A stretch of DNA of 32,000 bases, taken from Candidatus Hermodarchaeota archaeon (GTDB lineage: Archaea > Asgardarchaeota > Heimdallarchaeia > Hodarchaeales > Hodarchaeaceae). The translations under genes and the position numbers were made by a program. The stretch's first letter is position 1, and each line of letters starts with the position of its first letter. Positions 26,644 through 32,000 of this stretch are shown one piece after another. Location: NCBI GenBank assembly GCA_048886185.1, contig JBHLKY010000017.1:30001-62000 (forward strand), read 5' to 3'. Under the pieces are notes generated by a model. The model saw only the letters and a program-made list of their open reading frames with translations. It was not told the DNA's origin and did not search any database.

Positions 26644-27927
26644 ATGATTTACTGTCCATCTTGTGGGAAAGAAATGAATCTCCCGAAGCTACCTAAATTT
26701 TGTACTTACTGTGGTGCCGATTTGAGAAACTATACCGAACCCTCAATAAAACCTACTCAGATCCCTCAAAGAAAGGTTAACAGCAAACCCTCACCCTCAT
26801 ATCGTCCTTCGATTATTATAGCAGGGTGCTTGGTTATTGGTATCATTGTGATAGCTCCTATCGTGATGATTTTTCTTCTTTTAGGGTCTCTATTCGGGCC
26901 CCCCTTAGGCCCAGGTATCGAAATTTATACTGATGCAGATTTTATTAACTACAGCTCCTCTGGGACAGGAACATCTGAGGACCCTTACATCTTGTCAAAT
27001 TATACTCTTACGGAGCAATTTATTGGGTTTACGATTCATTCAACAACAAAACATTTTGTTATCACCAATTGTTCAATCGAAATCTGCTACGAAGGCATTA
27101 ACGTGGAAAATGTCGCACCTGGAACAGCAAAAATCGTTAGTAATAAGATTACATATGATGATTGTTGGGTTTGGGAAACTGGTCCTCACGCTGGAATCAC
27201 GGTCTATTCATCACCAGGCATAACTATTTCTAATAATACTATTGTCAATGCTGGTTCTGAGGGAATTCTAATTGTTGATTCAGCAGAATGCCATATTTCT
27301 AATAATACTATTTCAGAACAATCGACAGGTATAGGCTTAGAATTTTGTAATTCCTCAGTTATTGATAATAACAGAGTGTTTTACTGCTATGAAGCTATTA
27401 CTAGCTTCGAGTCCCATAATGTGAATGTTACCAATAATATCTGTACTGATAATTATTATACTTGTATTGTACTTGGAGATTCAGATCACTTACAGATCAT
27501 TAACAATGTTTGTTCTAATAATACCAGTACTTGGTATTCTTGGTCTACTGGTATCAGGTTAGAAACATGTAACAACGTTACTATCGCTAATTGTACAATT
27601 ACTGATTGTTCTCAAGGAATATATATGCCGTCTTCTTCCAACTGCGAAATCTATTACAACCGTATTGAATTGAATGCTTTGTATGGTATCGTTATTTTAG
27701 ATGCATATGAACCAGCTCAATCCAATACAATCTATTTCAACTCATTTATCTTTAATAACCAAAAAGGGTTATCTCAGGCATCAGATAATGGAACCTCTAA
27801 CTATTGGTATAACTCAAGATTAGAACGAGGAAATTACTGGTCAGATTGGACTGGTTCTGGTTATTATTCCATCGCTGGGACAGCAAACGCATTCGACCTT
27901 TATCCACTCTCTTCTCTACCAATTTAA
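26644..27927 (+). CDS. Zinc-ribbon + single TM + right-handed beta-helix (NosD/pectin-lyase-like) cell-surface protein
   Basis: CPSCG...FCTYCG, one TM helix (IIIAGCLVIGIIVIAPIVMIFLLLG), GTGTSEDPYI, repeated ISNNTI/IDNNRV/IINNVC beta-helix turns, C-terminal GNYWSDW...DLYPL. Confidence 0.85.
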   Translation: MIYCPSCGKEMNLPKLPKFCTYCGADLRNYTEPSIKPTQIPQRKVNSKPSPSYRPSIIIAGCLVIGIIVIAPIVMIFLLLGSLFGPPLGPGIEIYTDADFINYSSSGTGTSEDPYILSNYTLTEQFIGFTIHSTTKHFVITNCSIEICYEGINVENVAPGTAKIVSNKITYDDCWVWETGPHAGITVYSSPGITISNNTIVNAGSEGILIVDSAECHISNNTISEQSTGIGLEFCNSSVIDNNRVFYCYEAITSFESHNVNVTNNICTDNYYTCIVLGDSDHLQIINNVCSNNTSTWYSWSTGIRLETCNNVTIANCTITDCSQGIYMPSSSNCEIYYNRIELNALYGIVILDAYEPAQSNTIYFNSFIFNNQKGLSQASDNGTSNYWYNSRLERGNYWSDWTGSGYYSIAGTANAFDLYPLSSLPI

Positions 27928-28158
27928 GAGTAAATTTTCCCCAGCACAAAAATATTGTCGTTATCATTAGAATTATTCAACCATACCCGTTCTAGGCTTA
28001 AATAAAACAATTTTCTGTCAGGAATAGGAGAATATTAATGATTCAAAAAATTTCACTTGCTTTAAGGTTAAAAAGTAACTTATATTGGTTTTTACCTATT
28101 TTTTTCCTAAAAAATCCATCATTATTTATAAACAACTAATAGATTTTTCTTCTTCAAT

Positions 28159-28986
28159 ATGAAAATAGGCATTTTCTACTTCTCTGCGACTGGAGTAACC
28201 AAAGAATATTCTAGATTTTTTGAGAAAGTGTTACGAGCAGAGAATCATGAAGTGGAACTATATAATATTCTATTTAAAGAGGTGAGAACAAGAAGAATCG
28301 AATTGAATTATGATGGATGTATATTCGGATTTCCTGTGTATGGGGGCCGATTACCAACTGTGTGTGAGGAGTGGATTAAATCACTGGAGGGAAATAACTC
28401 ACGATGCTCAATGTTTTTTACATACGGTGGACGTGCTTTAGAATATGCACATCAGATCACTTTCTATTTATTAACCGAAGTAAATTTTAAGGTGGTCTTA
28501 TCCGCTGAATTTCTTGGAAGGCATTCTTTTAATGTGGCTGATGGGTGGTCTCTTGCTGCAGATCGGCCCAATAGTGAAGATTATAAGATTGGGAAAGAAT
28601 TTATTAAAAAAACCTTGGAACTTTTTAATGCAGATTCAATAGAATGGAAAATTGATCTTTCACGGTTTAATTATAAACCAAAAGTTCAAAAACCAATAAA
28701 AGGACCATTTGCAATCTTTCTTCCTAGACGAGTAGATCAACACTGCAGTATGTGCCTTCGCTGTGAAACTGAATGTCCAACACAAGCCTTTGTTGCAAGT
28801 ACTGGTCAAGCGATAAATAGACAATGTATTCTATGTATGTACTGTGTCACCATATGTCCTGATCAGGTAATTGAAGTTGGGAATGCTACATCATTATTTC
28901 AACGATTTCAACAAACTCATTCCTTATCAAAAGAAAATGTCAAACAAAAATCTAGTAAAATAATTTATACAAAAACTCAATCTTAA
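28159..28986 (+). CDS. Flavodoxin-fold + 2[4Fe-4S] ferredoxin fusion (EFR1-like)
   Basis: YFSATGVT flavodoxin loop, FGFPVYGG, TYGG; CSMCLRCETECP and CILCMYCVTICP. Confidence 0.88.
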   Translation: MKIGIFYFSATGVTKEYSRFFEKVLRAENHEVELYNILFKEVRTRRIELNYDGCIFGFPVYGGRLPTVCEEWIKSLEGNNSRCSMFFTYGGRALEYAHQITFYLLTEVNFKVVLSAEFLGRHSFNVADGWSLAADRPNSEDYKIGKEFIKKTLELFNADSIEWKIDLSRFNYKPKVQKPIKGPFAIFLPRRVDQHCSMCLRCETECPTQAFVASTGQAINRQCILCMYCVTICPDQVIEVGNATSLFQRFQQTHSLSKENVKQKSSKIIYTKTQS

Positions 28987-29168
28987 AGTTTCTCCCAGAT
29001 CTTCTTCAGGGTATTTTCACTGTATTGCTTGACCCAATATTCAATACAATCTTCTAAAATTAATCCAGCAATAGCAGAGGGTCTGATTCTAAGAATTTCA
29101 GCGTATTCATCTAATTTCTCTCTCACCTCATTGGGAACTCGCACTGAAATGACTGCAGTCTTGGTCAT
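28983..29168 (-). CDS. Ribbon-helix-helix (CopG-like) DNA-binding protein
   Basis: From ATG 29168: MTKTAVISVRVPNEVREKLDEYAEILRIRPSAIAGLIL, an alternating beta-strand followed by two helices. The ORF track's upstream TTG at 29189 is less likely. Confidence 0.7.
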   Translation of the reverse strand: MTKTAVISVRVPNEVREKLDEYAEILRIRPSAIAGLILEDCIEYWVKQYSENTLKKIWEKL

Positions 29169-29240
29169 AAAAAACGCCTGTATTAACAAATAGACTTGTG
29201 CTATAAGAGTCTTTGTCTTGAGGAAAAATCTCAGAAGAGC

Positions 29241-30005
29241 TTAATTGAGTTCATTGAGTAATAAGGAATAATTAATTTTATCTATGATTTTCCAGATTGA
29301 GCTACTTTGTATAAGTAAAAGGAAACTAAAGACAGGTAATAAAAAAAATTGAGAAAAAAAAGCTAAGTTGTACAAATCGCTTGAAATAAGGATGCTAATA
29401 AACCAAATTAAGTCCCCGAATTGATAAACTAAGAATACAATTAATATAATCATTAAATGGGTTAATAGAGCCCGTTCAGCCTTTCGATCTATAAATTTTT
29501 CGCGTACCTTGCGTAATCGGATCAGAAGAACAATAATCATTGCGTCAACAAGAAATCCAAGCATAATGAGCCCAAAGAATGATAGTTCTTCCATAAGCTC
29601 AACATCATTATTATTAAAGAGGGAGGCTATTAACCACCCTAAAAACAATGCAGGAATGATTGGAATATATTTCTCAATTAAGAAAAGACGATTCGAGGAA
29701 AGATTAACATATGTGAAGGAAAATTCTAGTATTGTCAGTAACATGAAAAAGATTATTACTATTAACAAATATGGGATTTTCATCATTCCAAGATCCTGAA
29801 TTGTACTGAACATGGTTTCAGGGAAGAACAATACGAAAAGTCCTGTTACCATTATTGTGGTTGCAAAAAGAAATAATGTTAAGGTCATATGAAGAAATAT
29901 CTCATCACGAGCTTTTCTGAATAGAGGAAAAGTGAGGATTGCAGACAGGAATAGAAAAAAAGAGCTTATTAAAGCACCTAATCCCGCAATAATGATGAAT
30001 GACAT
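29241..30005 (-). CDS. Hypothetical ~7-TM membrane protein
   Basis: About seven hydrophobic segments by inspection; no soluble output domain. Confidence 0.7.
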   Translation of the reverse strand: MSFIIIAGLGALISSFFLFLSAILTFPLFRKARDEIFLHMTLTLFLFATTIMVTGLFVLFFPETMFSTIQDLGMMKIPYLLIVIIFFMLLTILEFSFTYVNLSSNRLFLIEKYIPIIPALFLGWLIASLFNNNDVELMEELSFFGLIMLGFLVDAMIIVLLIRLRKVREKFIDRKAERALLTHLMIILIVFLVYQFGDLIWFISILISSDLYNLAFFSQFFLLPVFSFLLLIQSSSIWKIIDKINYSLLLNELN

Positions 30006-30214
30006 ACTATCTACTCACTTATGGTAATTTGTTATTCAAATAATCTAACTCTTTTTTTTGCAATTAGGTTTTTAAATGTGTGTAAGCTTTGTAAGCTATC
30101 CTTACATCACTTATTTTGTAGCAGAAAAATACGAAGATTAATTAAAGCTAGTATAAAGAATGATAACAGATTATTGATTTGATTAAAATCGAATTATGGT
30201 GCATGTGATAGATT

Positions 30215-30919
30215 TTGTTGAAAATTGAACAAGTATCTAAACATTATAAAATGGGAGAAATCATGGTTAAAGCATTAGATGGCATTTCCCTTCATATTGA
30301 ACAGGGTGAAACCGTAGTATTACTAGGGCCATCAGGGAGCGGTAAAACAACCTTATTAAATTTAGTGGGAGCGTTAGATAGACCAACAAAAGGACAAATA
30401 ACGTTTAATAAAGCTAATATAACAAGTTATAATCGACAACAACAATTCTCTTTTCGCCGAAGAACAATCGGATTCATATTTCAAACATTTAACTTGTTTC
30501 CAACATTATCCGCATTAGAAAATGTCCAATATGTCGCAGATTTAGCAAAAATGAAAAGAAGTAAGGAAAAATCGATTGAGGCCTTAAACGCGGTTGGTTT
30601 AGAAGAACGAATACATCATTTTCCCCATCAACTTAGTGGTGGAGAGCAACAAAGGGTAGCTATCGCTCGTGCCTTGGTAAAGAAAGCTCCCCTTATATTA
30701 GCTGATGAACCAACAGGAGAATTGGATTTTAAAACTGGAAAACAGATATTACAACTATTATTAGAACAACAAAATACCGATACGACTGTTTTATTGGTAA
30801 CACACAATCGAGAAATTGCACGGATCACTGATCGAGTTGTAGAGCTGCATTCAGGAAAGATTGCGGAGGATGGTTCCCCCAAGAATGGGAAGGTTCCGAT
30901 TGAAGAGCTCGTGTGGTGA
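30215..30919 (+). CDS. ABC ATP-binding protein, LolD/MacB-like (TTG start)
   Basis: GPSGSGKTT, FIFQTFNL, LSGGEQQR, LADEPTGELD, VTHN. Confidence 0.95.
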   Translation: MLKIEQVSKHYKMGEIMVKALDGISLHIEQGETVVLLGPSGSGKTTLLNLVGALDRPTKGQITFNKANITSYNRQQQFSFRRRTIGFIFQTFNLFPTLSALENVQYVADLAKMKRSKEKSIEALNAVGLEERIHHFPHQLSGGEQQRVAIARALVKKAPLILADEPTGELDFKTGKQILQLLLEQQNTDTTVLLVTHNREIARITDRVVELHSGKIAEDGSPKNGKVPIEELVW

Positions 30920-32000
30920 TAAACTTGGTTAATGTTAAACTTCTCCTCCATTGGTCTTTTCGTGATTTAAAACAGCGAAAAATCCAGGTACTAGCGATCG
31001 CATTGATCATTGGATTAGGAACAGGGATTTATACTGGTTTAAGTAGTACAACACCATGGAGGGAGTATGCATTTGAGCAAAGTAATGAACTCCTGAATAT
31101 GTTTGATCTTAAAATGACATTTCCAGGAAGTTGGATTTCTCAAAGTGATATTTCTTCAGCAATCCAAAATTTATCACATAAAGATTGGATTGAATCTCTA
31201 GAATATCGCTTGAGCTTTCCGACAACAGTTAATGCTTCTACAGACGATGAGACTATTTTAGTGAATGGTAGGATAATTGGTATTAATGTGACTAAAGGAT
31301 CTAAAAATCTAGATGTTAATGGCATTTATGTCACTAATGGTCGTCATATTAAATCTACAGAAACTAGTGCAAATGTTTGCCTAGTAGAAAATAATTTTGC
31401 TAGTTATTACAATTTAACTCCAGATGATCAGTTAATAACAATTGCAGGAGGTGTTGAATTAAAATATATAGGAACAGTACTAACACCTGAATATTTTATG
31501 GTTATAGAGGAAAATATGGTTTTTGGCCAATCATCTTTTGCAGCCTTATTTATCCCTCTGAAAACAGCTCAAGCGATTCTCTACCAAGCCATTCATCTGC
31601 CTCCAGGTTATGTAAATGAAGTTTTATTCCTATTGAATTCGGCGTTAACCGAACAAGATCACGAAACGTTCTTAATGGAAATAGAAGATTATTTCCAAAC
31701 TCATTATTCACATTTGAATTATGAATTCATGGAAAAAGAAGAGCATCCTAGTTATAAAATGCAGAAAGAAGACATCCCTAGCGATCAAAATATGTATTAC
31801 ATATTCTCCTTTCTTATTCTTATCATCTCAGCTTTTGGGGCATATAACTTAATTTCAAGAGTGGTGAACTCCCAGCGCCGGCAAATAGGGATAAATATGG
31901 CCCTTGGGGTTCCAGCTCGAGCTATAGCGTATAGATACCTTCTATTAAGCCTAGAAATCGCGTTAGGAGGTGTAATATTTGGTTATATTATTGCTTTAAT
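30916..32000 (+). CDS. FtsX/MacB-like ABC permease, 5' part (runs off the right edge; not in ORF track)
   Basis: GTG at 30916 overlaps the ATPase TGA (alternative TTG 30925). It reads (M)INLVNVKLLLHWSFRDLKQRKIQVLAIALIIGLGTGIYTGL, and in the same frame from 31801 IFSFLILIISAFGAYNLISRVVNSQRRQIGINMALGVP (FtsX signature). I did not translate every intervening codon. Confidence 0.85.
   Translation, partial: MINLVNVKLLLHWSFRDLKQRKIQVLAIALIIGLGTGIYTGLSSTTPWREYAFEQSNELLNMFDLKMTFPGSWISQSDISSAIQNLSHKDWIESLEYRLSFPTTVNASTDDETILVNGRIIGINVTKGSKNLDVNGIYVTNGRHIKSTETSANVCLVENNFASYYNLTPDDQLITIAGGVELKYIGTVLTPEYFMVIEENMVFGQSSFAALFIPLKTAQAILYQAIHLPPGYVNEVLFLLNSALTEQDHETFLMEIEDYFQTHYSHLNYEFMEKEEHPSYKMQKEDIPSDQNMYYIFSFLILIISAFGAYNLISRVVNSQRRQIGINMALGVPARAIAYRYLLLSLEIALGGVIFGYIIAL

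Noticed and set aside
28159-28986. Second candidate for hgcB
   Set aside because: It is a flavodoxin-ferredoxin fusion 28 kb from the hgcA-like gene with no C-terminal Cys tail.
29241-30005. Rhodopsin (7 TM)
   Set aside because: No retinal-binding Lys or DxxxK-type motif in the last helix.
15793-31325. Other short ORFs in the track (15793, 16261, 16761, 18512, 18555, 19714, 20934, 21288, 23430, 24328, 25084, 25221, 26139, 26933, 29509, 30628, 30825, 31140)
   Set aside because: All overlap a stronger gene on the opposite strand or in another frame and have no recognisable domain.

Overview
AT-rich, gene-dense window with frequent GTG/TTG starts and GGTG/GAGG-type ribosome-binding sites. It is most consistent with an Asgard archaeon (inference from a Rab-like GTPase-fold gene, a zinc-ribbon/NosD-type surface protein and TATA-like promoter elements). 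Most of the window is transport and peptide/redox housekeeping: a PadR / HAAS-RDD / double-FtsX permease / two-ATPase operon, two orphan DppC-like permeases flanking an aldo-keto reductase, three MFS transporters, an ABC-2 pair, a second LolD/FtsX pair running off the right edge, M48 and M19 peptidases, a YdjM-like hydrolase and a flavodoxin-ferredoxin fusion. The stand-out is at the left edge. A single 553-aa protein fuses a class I SAM methyltransferase to a complete HgcA-like corrinoid protein (cap helix GINVWCAAGG plus the HgcA-type membrane domain). It is followed 12 nt later by an ORF missing from the ORF track that begins (M)KLTAQIFIEKCIGCE, i.e. an HgcB-like ferredoxin. Second is a tandem, apparently catalytically dead Rab-like pseudo-GTPase. 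I found no rRNA, tRNA, CRISPR array or mobile element.
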